A stretch of 64,000 bases of DNA, taken from contig CAYOSQ010000003.1 in NCBI GenBank assembly GCA_964406665.1, positions 186,558-250,557 on the forward strand, read 5' to 3'. Below the pieces are notes generated by a model. That model was not told the origin of the DNA. It worked only from the letters and a program-made list of their open reading frames with translations, and did no database searches. Source of the DNA: an uncultured Planctomycetia bacterium. GTDB lineage: Bacteria > Omnitrophota > Gorgyraeia > VGKH01 > JBHPFN01. Positions 8,558-21,208 of this stretch are shown one piece after another. Position 1 is the first letter of the stretch. Each line of letters starts with the position of its first letter. The translations under genes and the position numbers were made by a program.

Positions 8558-11500
8558 ATGATTATTTTTATTGCTGTTTCAGGAGTTGTCGGCTTAGGGA
8601 TAGTTGCATATGTCTTAACTATGCCCCAGAAGCCGAAAAAAAAGATAAAGCGACAATTGCCGCAGTCGCAGGTTTCTGAAGACCAAAGGATTGTCGGTTT
8701 AGAAAATAAAATTAGCAGCCTGCAGCAAGAACTGGAAAAGGCTGGTTTTGAAAATGCCAGAGCAAAAAAAGAAGCAGAAGACGCTAAGCAAAAAGAAGCT
8801 GAATTAGAGAAAGAACTTGCCAGGCGAAAAGAGTGGGTAGAGAAGGGTCAGACAGATGTAGAAGCTGCGAAGGAAAGATTGCCTGAATTAGAGGCAACTG
8901 TAAAAGAGAAAGAAAAAAGGCTTGAGCAGGAGTTTTCTAAGAATGTTTTACAGGGTAAAGAGCTGCGTCACACCCAAGAAGAGCTTGAAGCTTCCCAGAA
9001 TGAAAACAAGAAAAAAGAAGACGAAATTACAAAACTTAAAAGAGAAATAGAAGGAAAGCATAATGAAATCAAAGGCAACATTGAAGAAATTAGATCTCAG
9101 CGTAATGCAGTAGATGAGTTAAAGAAGAAACAGGAGCAAAGCGAGTGGATTTCTAAAGATGAATATAATAAACTTAAAAAACGTTACGAAGAATTGCAAC
9201 GTCAAATTTTTACGGCCAAAAGGCAGATCGAATTAAAAGAAGAAAAAATCAATGAAGTTGATCTTGAGAGGATGAAGTATAAGAGTCGACTGTTCAGCTT
9301 AGAACGAGAGACTGGAAAAGTTTCTCAAGAGCAACAGGAGCAGGTTCAAGAGGAAGAGCAGAAGCAGCAAGAGCCTAAGGAAGCTGTAGCTGAAGCTGAA
9401 GAAAAACCACCTGCTGGTCAATCAGTTGAAGAAAAGCCAGCTGGAGAAAAAACCGCTGAAGAAGCAAAGGTTGAGGAAAAGTCTCAGGTAGAAGAAGCAA
9501 AACCGACCGAAGCAAAGCCGGCCGGAGAAAAAACCGCTGAAGAAAAACCAGCTGATGAGAAACCCGCCGAAGAAACCAAGCCAGCAGAAGATGAAAAGCT
9601 ATCTGCCGATCAATCAGCTGAAGAAAAACCAGCTGAAGAGGTACAGGCTGACGAAAAGCCTCAAGTTGAAGAGGTAAAGTCTGCGGAAGAAACTCAGCCA
9701 GAAGAGAAGGTTGAGGAAGCCCCGCCTGCACCTATAAAGAAGGCATCTGATGAAGAGATAGCTGAAATAAATAAAAAATTATCCCAGGTAAGAAATATCG
9801 GAATTATGGCCCATATTGATGCCGGTAAGACAACTTTGACTGAAAGAATATTATTTTACACCGGGATTACTCATAAGATTGGCGAGGTTCATGACGGTGA
9901 AGCCAAGATGGATTGGATGAAGCAAGAGCAGGAACGCGGTATCACAATTACCTCAGCTGCTACAACATGCTATTGGAAAGATTCCCGGATAAATTTGATC
10001 GATACTCCCGGACACGTTGATTTTACTGTTGAAGTTGAGCGCAGCCTGCGTGTTTTAGACGGAGCTGTAGCAGTATTTTGTGCAGTCGGAGGAGTGGAAG
10101 CCCAGTCAGAAACAGTCTGGAGACAATCGGAAAAATATATTGTTCCTAAACTAGCATTCATAAATAAAATGGATAGAATGGGAGCAGATTTTTACAAGGT
10201 ATATAAAGATATAGAGGAAAGATTACAGGCAAATCTTGTTCCTCTGCAGATTCCCATCGGTGCAGAAGATAAATTCCGCGGCATGATTGATTTGCTTGAG
10301 ATGAAGGCAATTATTTTTGATGATGATTCTCAGGGTAAAGAATTCAAGATTGAAGAAATCCCCGAAGATCTTAAGCAGAAGGCAGATGAATATCGTCATA
10401 TTTTAGTTGAGAAGGCCTGTGAGTGTGATGATGTTTTAATGAAGAAGCATCTTGAAACAAAGGATGATATTTCTAAAGAGGAGCTTATTGCTGCAATACG
10501 TAAAGGCACGGTTGCCACAAAAGTTATCCCGCTATTGTGTGGAACAGCACTTAAGAATAAGGGCGTTCAGCAAGTTCTTGACGCTGTGATTAATTTCTTG
10601 CCGTCTCCAGCAAATCTTCCACCGGTTGAAGGAACTGACCCAGATGATGCTGAAAAAAAGATTATGAGAAAACCGGATGCCGGCGAAGCTTTTTCTGCAT
10701 TAGCCTTTAAAGTTCAGTCTGACCCGCATATCGGAAAGCTCGTTTATGTAAGAGTTTATTCAGGAATACTATCTTCAGGTACATATATTTACAATGTCAC
10801 CAAAGGCAAAAAAGAACGCGTAGGAAGAATAGTGCGTATGCATGCAAATGAGAGAAGTAACTGTGATGAAATTCATGTTGGAGAGATCGCAGCTGTTGTT
10901 GGTTTAAACTATACAGCCACCGGGGATACTCTTTGCGATGCAGATGGTCAGGTTATTCTTGAATCAATCGAGTTTCCAGAGCCGGTTGTATCATCTTGTA
11001 TTACTCCGGTAAGCCGGAAAGATTCTGATAAATTAAGCAAGGCTTTGATTAAATTGGCTGAGGAAGATCCAACGTTTACTGTTAAGACAGATCGAGATAC
11101 TAAAGAGACTATTTTGTCCGGGATGGGTGAGTTACACTTAGAAATTATTGCAGATAGACTTAAAACCGAATTTAAGGTAGAGGCAGAAATAAGCAGGCCC
11201 GAAGTTGCCTACAGAGAAACTGTTACAGTTGAAGTTACTGAAGAATATAAACACGTTAAGCAGTCAGGTGGTAGAGGTCAATATGCTCATACTGTTATGG
11301 AGATTTCTCCTGCAGAATCAGGTGCTGGGTTAGTATTTAAGGATAGCATAAAAGGTGGAGTTATTCCTAGTGGCTATATTCCTTCTTGTGAAAAAGGAGT
11401 CTGCGCTATTATGGAAAGAGGTATTTTAGCCGGATATCCTGTTGTTGATATTAATATTAATTTAATCGATGGTTCACATCATGATGTTGACTCATCGGAT

Positions 11501-11866
11501 ATTGCATTTAAGATTTGTGCTGGAGAGTGTTTCCGTGGAGGGTTTAAGAAAGCTACTCCTGTTTTGCTTGAGCCGTTCATGAAGTTAGAAGCATTAGTTC
11601 CGGAAGAATACGTAAGCAGTATCGTAGGATATATCTGCTCTAAAAGAGGAAAGATTATGAACATGGACGCTAAAGGAAATCAGAAGATAATTCATGCTGA
11701 AGCTCCTTTGGCTGAGATGTTTGGATATGCTGCATCATTTCGTTCTTTAAGTAGTGGCCGGGCAACTTGCTCTATGGAGTTTGCCAGGTATTCTCAGGTT
11801 CCTGCAGAAATTGCCAATAAGGTAATAGAAGAAAGACAAAAAAAGAAGGAAGAAAAGTCAGAATAA
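8558..11866 (+). CDS. fusA: Elongation factor G homolog with a ~405-aa N-terminal membrane anchor, coiled coil and acidic repeat extension
   Basis: From about aa 410: [44 protein letters not shown] and HDVDSS; hydrophobic aa 1-20, E/K/Q-rich helical segment, EKPA repeats; single ORF. Confidence 0.9.
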   Translation: MIIFIAVSGVVGLGIVAYVLTMPQKPKKKIKRQLPQSQVSEDQRIVGLENKISSLQQELEKAGFENARAKKEAEDAKQKEAELEKELARRKEWVEKGQTDVEAAKERLPELEATVKEKEKRLEQEFSKNVLQGKELRHTQEELEASQNENKKKEDEITKLKREIEGKHNEIKGNIEEIRSQRNAVDELKKKQEQSEWISKDEYNKLKKRYEELQRQIFTAKRQIELKEEKINEVDLERMKYKSRLFSLERETGKVSQEQQEQVQEEEQKQQEPKEAVAEAEEKPPAGQSVEEKPAGEKTAEEAKVEEKSQVEEAKPTEAKPAGEKTAEEKPADEKPAEETKPAEDEKLSADQSAEEKPAEEVQADEKPQVEEVKSAEETQPEEKVEEAPPAPIKKASDEEIAEINKKLSQVRNIGIMAHIDAGKTTLTERILFYTGITHKIGEVHDGEAKMDWMKQEQERGITITSAATTCYWKDSRINLIDTPGHVDFTVEVERSLRVLDGAVAVFCAVGGVEAQSETVWRQSEKYIVPKLAFINKMDRMGADFYKVYKDIEERLQANLVPLQIPIGAEDKFRGMIDLLEMKAIIFDDDSQGKEFKIEEIPEDLKQKADEYRHILVEKACECDDVLMKKHLETKDDISKEELIAAIRKGTVATKVIPLLCGTALKNKGVQQVLDAVINFLPSPANLPPVEGTDPDDAEKKIMRKPDAGEAFSALAFKVQSDPHIGKLVYVRVYSGILSSGTYIYNVTKGKKERVGRIVRMHANERSNCDEIHVGEIAAVVGLNYTATGDTLCDADGQVILESIEFPEPVVSSCITPVSRKDSDKLSKALIKLAEEDPTFTVKTDRDTKETILSGMGELHLEIIADRLKTEFKVEAEISRPEVAYRETVTVEVTEEYKHVKQSGGRGQYAHTVMEISPAESGAGLVFKDSIKGGVIPSGYIPSCEKGVCAIMERGILAGYPVVDININLIDGSHHDVDSSDIAFKICAGECFRGGFKKATPVLLEPFMKLEALVPEEYVSSIVGYICSKRGKIMNMDAKGNQKIIHAEAPLAEMFGYAASFRSLSSGRATCSMEFARYSQVPAEIANKVIEERQKKKEEKSE

Positions 11867-11895
11867 AAGCGCTTCCTTTTTACTGTTTCCCTGCC

Positions 11896-11923
11896 TTGAA
11901 AAATCCCGTTATTGTGTTATATT
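11896..11923 (+). promoter_or_regulatory. Sigma70-type promoter upstream of the c-di-GMP riboswitch
   Basis: TTGAAA (11896-901) and TGt-TATATT (11918-23). Confidence 0.5.
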
Positions 11924-11944
11924 TGTATAGGATATAAAAAATAA

Positions 11945-12050
11945 AAAGCGTTTTGACGATAATGGCAAACCTGGAGTAATCCAGGGGCGCAAAGCTATAG
12001 GGCCCCGAATATTTTCGGGGTAGCCAGACCGCCGAAACAGAACGCCTTTT
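11945..12050 (+). ncRNA. Cyclic di-GMP-I (GEMM-I) riboswitch
   Basis: GGCAAACC-tgga-GTAA-tcca-GG.GCGCAAAGC.A.AGGGCC ... GGTAGCCAG...CCGA consensus; G at the G20-equivalent position (11964). Confidence 0.9.
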
Positions 12051-12118
12051 TATTTGTATTTACATTCAAGCTAAAAACCCCACCAGCCACGGAAGGGGAT
12101 CAAAATAGAAGGTGTGAG

Positions 12119-13615
12119 ATGAAGAGAGTAATGTTCATAGTTGTTTTAATGCTGCTGGTTTCTCAAGCATTTGTAACTGCAGGAGAAATTCGCGAGGTTA
12201 CTGTTGGTGCGATAAGCTATCTTAGCTTAGAATACCCTGGTAGTTTTGCTGACCGCATTACTCTTCTACAAGAGAAGATTGATAGTGCGTTGACTAATTC
12301 TGAAGGATTTAATCTAGATTTGATCTTTGAGCCAGAGTATACGTTAGTACGCAGTCATTATTCTTCGAGTGATCCTTCTATTGTTGAGATTATTGAAAAT
12401 GGACCAGGAGATTATAGTGTTTCTTCTATTGGCACATTAGAAAGTGATCTTGTGGTAGATCATATTAATACTTGGTTGATAGAGCGTGCTCAAGAGCACC
12501 ACGTTAATTTCTTTACTAATGTTCATGAAAGAGTAGAGTATGAGCCTGGACAATATGCTCATGGTATAACTGGAATAATAATTAATCATCTGGGTAATAT
12601 TGCTGGGATTAAGCGCAAGATAGAGTTTCATCCTACAGAACAAATGCAGCAGATTGTCGGACCCACAATCAATAGTTTTACGCTTTTGAATCAAGAGGGG
12701 AAGTCTTTTGTTGTGTTGCCATTTATTTGTGCAGACCTCTGGACAACCGAGACACTTAATTGGTATGCGCAGATGCTTCATGATAATAATGCTAAGCCTG
12801 CAGATATTGTAATACATTCAGTAGCAATGGGTGATTGGTTGTATCATCAATTGTTTTTCGATATTCAAGATGGAACATTTGATCCGGATAATCCTCCAGT
12901 GGATATGTATGATTGGTTTTGGAATGAAACAGTAGAGCCAACTTTAATACAACACTATATGCAACAGGAAAAATTAATAAAGTCGATAAACAGTTATTAC
13001 TTCGCAACTGATCGGGTAGGTAATGATGAATTTGGTTCAAACACCGGAGCGTTCGAATTAATTTCTTTTCCTTTGGGACCTAATCCATTTTCTTTAGAAG
13101 ACTATTTATTTACAGATGATTATCTTATTGCCAAAGTGGATATATATTATCCTTCTGGCGGTGGAGGATGTTTCTTATCTGGTACGCCGATTCTTATGGC
13201 TGACGGAACTAAGAAATCAATTGAGAAGATAAAGATAGGAGATAGGGTCTTGGCTTTTGATGAGGAGTCGGGAGATTTAAAAGAAGATGTTGTAAAAGAG
13301 TTCTTTGTGCACACTACGCATGATTATCTTTTAATCAATAATTATTTAAGAGTCACTAAGAATCATCCTGTATTTTCAAACGGAGAGTGGGTTGAGATTG
13401 GAATCTTAAAAGTAGGAGATACCTTAACAGGTTCACAAGGCAAACCTATAAAGATATCATCAATTAGAGAAATTAATCATCCGGATATCGATATCCCGAT
13501 ATATAACTTAGAAGTCAATCCGTATCATACATATATTGCTGGTGGAATTATAGCACATAATAAACCACCCAAAAAGAAAGTGGCTGATTCTTTGGCAGAT
13601 CCTCCAGAAGAATAA
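12119..13615 (+). CDS. Secreted carbon-nitrogen hydrolase (nitrilase-fold) protein fused to a C-terminal Hint/BIL auto-processing domain
   Basis: Signal peptide; DLIFEPEY (E73), KRKIEF (K167) and ICADLW (C204) triad; GGGG|CFLSGTPILMADG ... T.NHP ... YNLEV..YHTYIAGGIIAHN. Confidence 0.75.
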   Translation: MKRVMFIVVLMLLVSQAFVTAGEIREVTVGAISYLSLEYPGSFADRITLLQEKIDSALTNSEGFNLDLIFEPEYTLVRSHYSSSDPSIVEIIENGPGDYSVSSIGTLESDLVVDHINTWLIERAQEHHVNFFTNVHERVEYEPGQYAHGITGIIINHLGNIAGIKRKIEFHPTEQMQQIVGPTINSFTLLNQEGKSFVVLPFICADLWTTETLNWYAQMLHDNNAKPADIVIHSVAMGDWLYHQLFFDIQDGTFDPDNPPVDMYDWFWNETVEPTLIQHYMQQEKLIKSINSYYFATDRVGNDEFGSNTGAFELISFPLGPNPFSLEDYLFTDDYLIAKVDIYYPSGGGGCFLSGTPILMADGTKKSIEKIKIGDRVLAFDEESGDLKEDVVKEFFVHTTHDYLLINNYLRVTKNHPVFSNGEWVEIGILKVGDTLTGSQGKPIKISSIREINHPDIDIPIYNLEVNPYHTYIAGGIIAHNKPPKKKVADSLADPPEE

Positions 13616-13626
13616 AGGTGAAAAAA

Positions 13627-13776
13627 ATGAATTATTCAATTACTGATAACAAAAAATCTAATTTTGATTCTGTGCTTCGTCTGGGACAGATAACAGGTGT
13701 TATCTGTGAGAAATCCCAAAAAAGGAATATTGGAAAGATAAAGAAGTTTATTGAACACAAAGTAAGACAACTTTAG
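13627..13776 (+). CDS. Putative 49-aa small protein co-transcribed with the Hint-fusion gene
   Basis: AAGGTG SD 6 nt before the ATG; open frame MNYSITDN...KVRQL; lies before the terminator. Confidence 0.35.
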   Translation: MNYSITDNKKSNFDSVLRLGQITGVICEKSQKRNIGKIKKFIEHKVRQL

Positions 13777-13807
13777 ACTGTGGCAAGAATTTAGTTTACG
13801 GTTTATC

Positions 13808-13834
13808 AGGCCCCCGCTAAAAGCGGGGCCTTTT
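13808..13834 (+). terminator. Rho-independent terminator
   Basis: aggcccccgct-aaa-agcggggcct followed by ttt. Confidence 0.75.
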
Positions 13835-13880
13835 GCTTTATTGGGCAAAAGAAACATTAATCTTCACAAAAGCGAAATTA

Positions 13881-13909
13881 TTGACGAAACCTACCTAAAA
13901 TGCTAAACT
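13881..13909 (+). promoter_or_regulatory. Sigma70 promoter for tRNA-Pro
   Basis: TTGACG, 17 nt, TGc-TAAACT. Confidence 0.55.
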
Positions 13910-13993
13910 AATGTATTGTTAACTTCGAAAAATTCCCTATAGTTATTATTTTTAGTTAGTTAAGCCAAATATGGTTTTCTAATTTAAATATTA

Positions 13994-14071
13994 CGGGGCG
14001 TAGCGCAGTTTGGCTAGCGCGCTTCGTTCGGGACGAAGAGGTCGGCGGTTCAAGTCCGCCCGCCCCGACCA
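13994..14071 (+). tRNA. tRNA-Pro (CGG), CCA encoded
   Basis: Cloverleaf; anticodon arm cttcg-ttCGGga-cgaag; GGTTCAAGTCC T-arm; ends ACCA. Confidence 0.97.
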
Positions 14072-14122
14072 TATAAATTTCCAGTTATATAACATGTTAT
14101 ATAACAATTTATAGTTAAGACT

Positions 14123-14392
14123 ATGAAACGTATACACGTTTACTATTCCGGGAGAGTTCAAGGTGTAGGTTTTAGATTTATTGCCCAACGCATTGCTCAA
14201 AATATAGGAATAGCTGGTTGGGTTAAAAACTTGCCTGATGGAAGGGTTGAGCTTGTCGGTGAAGGTGAAGAAGTGCAGCTTAAGAAACTCACCTTAGAGA
14301 TAGATGAGTATTTAAAGGATTACATTAGCGATACTGAAGTTAATTGGATGGAAGCAACAGGAGAACATAAGGATTTTGGAGTAAGATTTTAA
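14123..14392 (+). CDS. acyP: Acylphosphatase
   Basis: GRVQGVGFR and GWVKNLPDGRVE motifs. Confidence 0.95.
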   Translation: MKRIHVYYSGRVQGVGFRFIAQRIAQNIGIAGWVKNLPDGRVELVGEGEEVQLKKLTLEIDEYLKDYISDTEVNWMEATGEHKDFGVRF

Positions 14393-14445
14393 TTATTGTA
14401 TAACCTATGGAGCATGAGTTGACGTAAGTTATAAGTTGAAAATGA

Positions 14446-14470
14446 CCCCTGACATCAAAGATGTCAGGGG
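14446..14470. repeat. Perfect intergenic hairpin (possible terminator or REP-like element)
   Basis: cccctgacatc-aaa-gatgtcagggg. Confidence 0.55.
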
Positions 14471-14524
14471 CTGTTCGAGCTTACAATTTGTGTTTACTTT
14501 CGTTCCACAAATTTAATACTCACT

Positions 14525-17256
<2,732 letters not shown>

Positions 17257-17272
17257 ATTAAGGAGGTTTTGT

Positions 17273-17797
17273 ATGTTTGTTAGATTTAATAAGATTATAA
17301 TTATGTTGCTAATTGTTTCTTTGTTTAACTTATCCGGCTGTGCTGCTTTAAAGAAAAAGTTTACCCGAAAGCCAAAGGATAGGGATGAGAAGAAAATTGA
17401 GGATGTTGTGTTGATCCCCGAAGAGTATCCTGTCTCCGATGTAGACCCCGAAGTTAAATATAAGGAGCATTATATTCTTTGGAAATCTTGGCAGGATGAG
17501 CTTATCATGAGTTTAAATCCTGACGGAAGTAAAAAAAGACAACTATTCTGTTTTAACGGAGTTATTTTCAACCTGGAGAAGATGCAATCATTGTTAAATA
17601 CAAAAAAAAGACAGGAGCTTCAGGAGTATATCGACACGATAAAAATAGTAATGGATAGAGTAGAATACGATAGATTAAGTTCTGTCAACATAGTCAGATA
17701 TCAGGATAAGATGAATAGAGTCAGAAGGAAGATTAAGTTAGAGTTTTCTTACAGAGACATAAGCGAATTTATAACCGGGACTAAAGATGATATTTGA
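17273..17797 (+). CDS. Hypothetical lipoprotein
   Basis: Hydrophobic signal with lipobox LSGC; strong AGGAGG SD. Confidence 0.7.
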   Translation: MFVRFNKIIIMLLIVSLFNLSGCAALKKKFTRKPKDRDEKKIEDVVLIPEEYPVSDVDPEVKYKEHYILWKSWQDELIMSLNPDGSKKRQLFCFNGVIFNLEKMQSLLNTKKRQELQEYIDTIKIVMDRVEYDRLSSVNIVRYQDKMNRVRRKIKLEFSYRDISEFITGTKDDI

Positions 17798-18389
17798 GAC
17801 AGTTGTAGTTGGACCAATGCAGGTAAATTGTTATATTGTTGCATCTAGCAAAACAAAGCGTGCTTTAGTGATTGATCCTGGTGCAGACTTTGAAAAAATC
17901 AGTAAGACTATAAAAGATAAGGGTCTTGTTGTTGATAAAGTCGTAATAACCCATGGACATTACGATCATATTGGTGCATTAAGACAGTTTAATCTGCCGA
18001 TTCATATTCATTCAAGTGATGCAGAATTCTTAAACGACCCCCAGAAGAATCTTTCATCGTTTTTCGGAATTAACGACGAGTTGGATTTAGACCTTCAGAT
18101 TTTAGAAGATGCGGATACGATAACAGTAGATGATTTGACTTTTGAGGTTATTCATACACCAGGACATACTCCAGGAGGGATATGTTTGCATATAGATGAT
18201 TTACTTTTTTCAGGAGATACCTTATTCGCTGGCGGGGTAGGTAGAACAGATTTACCTGATGCATCTGACGAACAACTTATGGAATCACTACAGAAGCTTT
18301 TTTTGCTCGAAGATGAAGTAAGGGTTTTTCCGGGCCATGGACCAAGTTCTACAATCGGAGTGGAGAAAAAGACCAATCCTTTTTTATAA
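17787..18389 (+). CDS. MBL-fold hydrolase (glyoxalase II/YcbL-like)
   Basis: THGHYDHIG, TPGHTPG, GDTLF and PGHG motifs. Confidence 0.92.
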   Translation: MIFETVVVGPMQVNCYIVASSKTKRALVIDPGADFEKISKTIKDKGLVVDKVVITHGHYDHIGALRQFNLPIHIHSSDAEFLNDPQKNLSSFFGINDELDLDLQILEDADTITVDDLTFEVIHTPGHTPGGICLHIDDLLFSGDTLFAGGVGRTDLPDASDEQLMESLQKLFLLEDEVRVFPGHGPSSTIGVEKKTNPFL

Positions 18390-18392
18390 GAT

Positions 18393-19277
18393 ATGAGAGA
18401 ACTAATTGAAGATTTTATGAATTACCTTTCGGTTGAGCGCGGACTGGCAAAGAACACGCTGGAGTCCTACAAAAGGGATCTGAAAAAGTACACCAAATAC
18501 TTAAAAAGAAAAAATATCACAGATCCTAATAATGTTACCCGTTTGGAGGTAAATAACTTTATGCTTTTCCAGAAGGATAAAGGGCTGTCGATGAGCTCTA
18601 TCAGTAGAAGCCTTGCTGCTGTTAAGGTGTTTCACAAATTCTTAGCCAGAGAAGGTTTTGCTAAAGAGGATAAAACTAGCCTTATCGATTCGCCAAAGCT
18701 TTGGAAGAAAATACCTGAGGTGCTTTCTCGTGACGAAGTAGAATTAATCATAAAAGCAGTTTATCCTAGAGACACTTTGACAATGCGCGATAAAGCTATT
18801 TTAGAGTTGATGTATGCATCCGGCATGCGCGTTTCTGAAGTAGTGGGAATAAAATTGAATGATTTGAATTTGGATATTGGTTTTGTACGTTGTATCGGAA
18901 AGGGTTCCAAGGAGAGAATTATCCCGGTAGGCAAAAGCGCAATTTTAGCCATTACCAGGTATTTAGAGAAGTCTCGAGGCAAGTTAAGCAAGCAACCCAA
19001 TAGCTTTGTTTTTTTAAACCGCTCAGGAAATAGAATCAGCCGTCAGAGCGTTTGGAAAATAATCAAGAAATATGCAAAGATGGCTAAAATAAGAAAAGAA
19101 ATAAAACCACATACGCTAAGGCATTCTTTTGCAACTCATCTGCTTGAAAGGGGAGCGGATTTGCGTTCGGTTCAAGAGATGTTAGGTCATTCTAATATTT
19201 CTACAACTCAGATATATACGCATGTAAATAGAGATAGATTAAAAGAAATACATGAGAAATTTCATCCCAGGCCATAA
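18393..19277 (+). CDS. xerD: Site-specific tyrosine recombinase XerD
   Basis: VERGLAKNTLESY, G.RVSE, GKGSKER, HTLRHSFATHLL..GADLR.VQEMLGH..ISTTQIYTHV and H.KFHPR motifs. Confidence 0.93.
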   Translation: MRELIEDFMNYLSVERGLAKNTLESYKRDLKKYTKYLKRKNITDPNNVTRLEVNNFMLFQKDKGLSMSSISRSLAAVKVFHKFLAREGFAKEDKTSLIDSPKLWKKIPEVLSRDEVELIIKAVYPRDTLTMRDKAILELMYASGMRVSEVVGIKLNDLNLDIGFVRCIGKGSKERIIPVGKSAILAITRYLEKSRGKLSKQPNSFVFLNRSGNRISRQSVWKIIKKYAKMAKIRKEIKPHTLRHSFATHLLERGADLRSVQEMLGHSNISTTQIYTHVNRDRLKEIHEKFHPRP

Positions 19278-19278
19278 A

Positions 19279-20556
19279 ATGAAAGTAAAATTAATTAATA
19301 AACTTCCTAAAGAAAATGTAATCTTGTTGCGAAAAATCGGCAAGCTCGCGGATACTTTTGGTGTTGAGGCATATATTGTTGGTGGAGTTGTAAGAGATAT
19401 ATTCTTAGGTAGACATAATCTTGATATCGATATTCTTGTTGAAAAAGATGCAATCGGTTTTGCAAAGTTTGTCAGCGCAAAACTAAAAGCAAAGCTGGTA
19501 AAGTATCCTAAGTTTTTAACCGCGACTATAATTCTACCCAAAGGAAAAAAGATTGATTTTGCAACAGCAAGAAGAGAAGTGTATTTAATGCCGGGGGCAT
19601 TACCGCTGGTAACTCCAGGGGCAATTCAGGAAGATCTTGCCCGCAGGGATTTTACGATAAATGCCTTGGCGGTAAAAATTAACAACAACTCATTCGGGGA
19701 GTTGTTTGACTATTTTTCTTCGGTTAAGGATATAAAGAATAAAAATGTTCGAGTATTGCATGATTTAAGTTTTATAGATGACCCTACAAGAATATTTAGG
19801 GCAGTACGTTTTGCCAAAAGGTTTGATTTTCAAATTGAGAAACATACACAAGCGCTTATCAAAAATGCATTAAAGAAAAAAGCCTTCTTAAGTATTAAGC
19901 CACAAAGGATGTGGAATGAATTAAGGCTTATACTAAATGAACCAAAACCCAAAAAATATATTCTTGAGTTATCAAAATATGATTTAAATTTTATTAACCG
20001 TGGTTTAAAATTCAACAGGGAATCACAAAAGTTATTTGATGAAATTGACCTAATCCTTAATCAACATAAAAAGTATGAGGAAATATATGGGTCTGTTGAT
20101 TCTGCGATAATTTATTTTATTGCTTTGGTTAGTTATTTAAAAGAGGATACTTTAAAGAAAATAGCTTGGAAATTTTCTATTAACAACAGATATCGCAAAA
20201 GTTTATTCTTTTATAAAGGAATAGACCGTAAAAAAATACATAGAGAGCTTTTTGGCAAAAGAATTAAACCCAGTACGATTTTTAAAAATTTAAATAGATT
20301 TAATCTAGAAATTCTACTTCTGCTTAAAGCCGCATCGGTGGATAGAGCGGTAAGGAATAAAATTGATAGGTTTTTAAAAGAATATCAGTATGTAAAAACT
20401 AGCTTAACTGGAAATGATTTGAAGAAAGCTGGAGTTGCACCGGGAAAAAAATTTAAAGATGTGCTTGATCAGGTATTGTACGAGAAATTAGATGGTAAGT
20501 TAAAGTCTAGGCGCGAAGAATTAGTGTTGGTTGATAAAATCGCAAAAAAATTATGA
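19279..20556 (+). CDS. Class II tRNA nucleotidyltransferase (CCA- or A-adding type)
   Basis: VGGVVRD, DIDI, R.E.Y..PGALP loop, EDLARRDFTINA and DDPTRIFRAVRF; start adjusted to MKVKL. Confidence 0.88.
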   Translation: MKVKLINKLPKENVILLRKIGKLADTFGVEAYIVGGVVRDIFLGRHNLDIDILVEKDAIGFAKFVSAKLKAKLVKYPKFLTATIILPKGKKIDFATARREVYLMPGALPLVTPGAIQEDLARRDFTINALAVKINNNSFGELFDYFSSVKDIKNKNVRVLHDLSFIDDPTRIFRAVRFAKRFDFQIEKHTQALIKNALKKKAFLSIKPQRMWNELRLILNEPKPKKYILELSKYDLNFINRGLKFNRESQKLFDEIDLILNQHKKYEEIYGSVDSAIIYFIALVSYLKEDTLKKIAWKFSINNRYRKSLFFYKGIDRKKIHRELFGKRIKPSTIFKNLNRFNLEILLLLKAASVDRAVRNKIDRFLKEYQYVKTSLTGNDLKKAGVAPGKKFKDVLDQVLYEKLDGKLKSRREELVLVDKIAKKL

Positions 20557-20834
20557 CCATCGGTTTGTTAAAGGTTGAAATCTTAATCCCAGCAAGTCAG
20601 TCATTAAAAGAGAAGCGCCAAGTTTTGCGTAGTCTTAAGGACCGCTTAAGAAATAATTTCAATATTTCTTTAGCTGAATTTGATGGCCATGACAAGTGGC
20701 AGAGGTCTTCGATTGCGATTGTGAAGGTAGATAAGCAGCGCTTACGGATTGATCAATCTTTCTCTCATATTGTTAGATTTATAGAAAATTTTAATCATGT
20801 TCAATTGAGTAACTACGAAATGGAGATGTTTTAG
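20553..20834 (+). CDS. DUF503/YlxP family protein
   Basis: SLKEKR...SL..RLRN.FNIS.AE...HDKWQR motif; typical position before rbfA. Confidence 0.9.
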   Translation: MTIGLLKVEILIPASQSLKEKRQVLRSLKDRLRNNFNISLAEFDGHDKWQRSSIAIVKVDKQRLRIDQSFSHIVRFIENFNHVQLSNYEMEMF

Positions 20835-20836
20835 TC

Positions 20837-21208
20837 ATGAGCCGCATAGATAAACTGAATGAAGCGTTTAAGAGACAAATTAGCAATATCATTTCTAATG
20901 AGTTGGAAGATCCCCGGTTAGAATTTGTTACTATTAACCGGGTTGAGGTTACAAAAGATCTAAGTTATGCTAGGGTGTATTTTAGCGTTTTTGGAAATAA
21001 GATTAAACAAGAGAAAGCTGAGGCTGGTTTACTTGGTGCAGCAAAATATATGAGAAGGCTTCTTGGTAAGTTGATGGACTTAAGGAAAATACCAGAGTTA
21101 ATTTTTTTAATGGATATCTCAACAGAATATAGTATACAAATTACAAAAGAACTTGAAAGGATTGAGAATGAGCGTAAAGAAAGTAGTTCAAGCGATAAAG
21201 AAGCATAA
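20837..21208 (+). CDS. rbfA: Ribosome-binding factor A
   Basis: DPRL..VTI..V.VTKDLSYARVY and LR.IPEL.F..D motifs. Confidence 0.93.
   Translation: MSRIDKLNEAFKRQISNIISNELEDPRLEFVTINRVEVTKDLSYARVYFSVFGNKIKQEKAEAGLLGAAKYMRRLLGKLMDLRKIPELIFLMDISTEYSIQITKELERIENERKESSSSDKEA

Noticed and set aside
11958-11970. 3',3'-cGAMP (GEMM-Ib) riboswitch variant
   Set aside because: The specificity position is G (11964), not A.
13169-13561. Canonical intein or pre-toxin Hint of a polymorphic toxin
   Set aside because: The +1 residue is Lys rather than C/S/T, there is no homing endonuclease, and only 17 aa follow, so there is no C-terminal toxin domain.
13991-14200. ORFs or ORF starts overlapping tRNAs (also 50668, 58122-58304, 60123-60597, 60421, 61001)
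   Set aside because: Their translations are typical tRNA-derived shadow peptides; real starts were reassigned downstream where a gene exists.
18393-19277. Prophage or integron integrase
   Set aside because: It has XerD-specific N- and C-terminal motifs, a housekeeping context and no IntI insertion.
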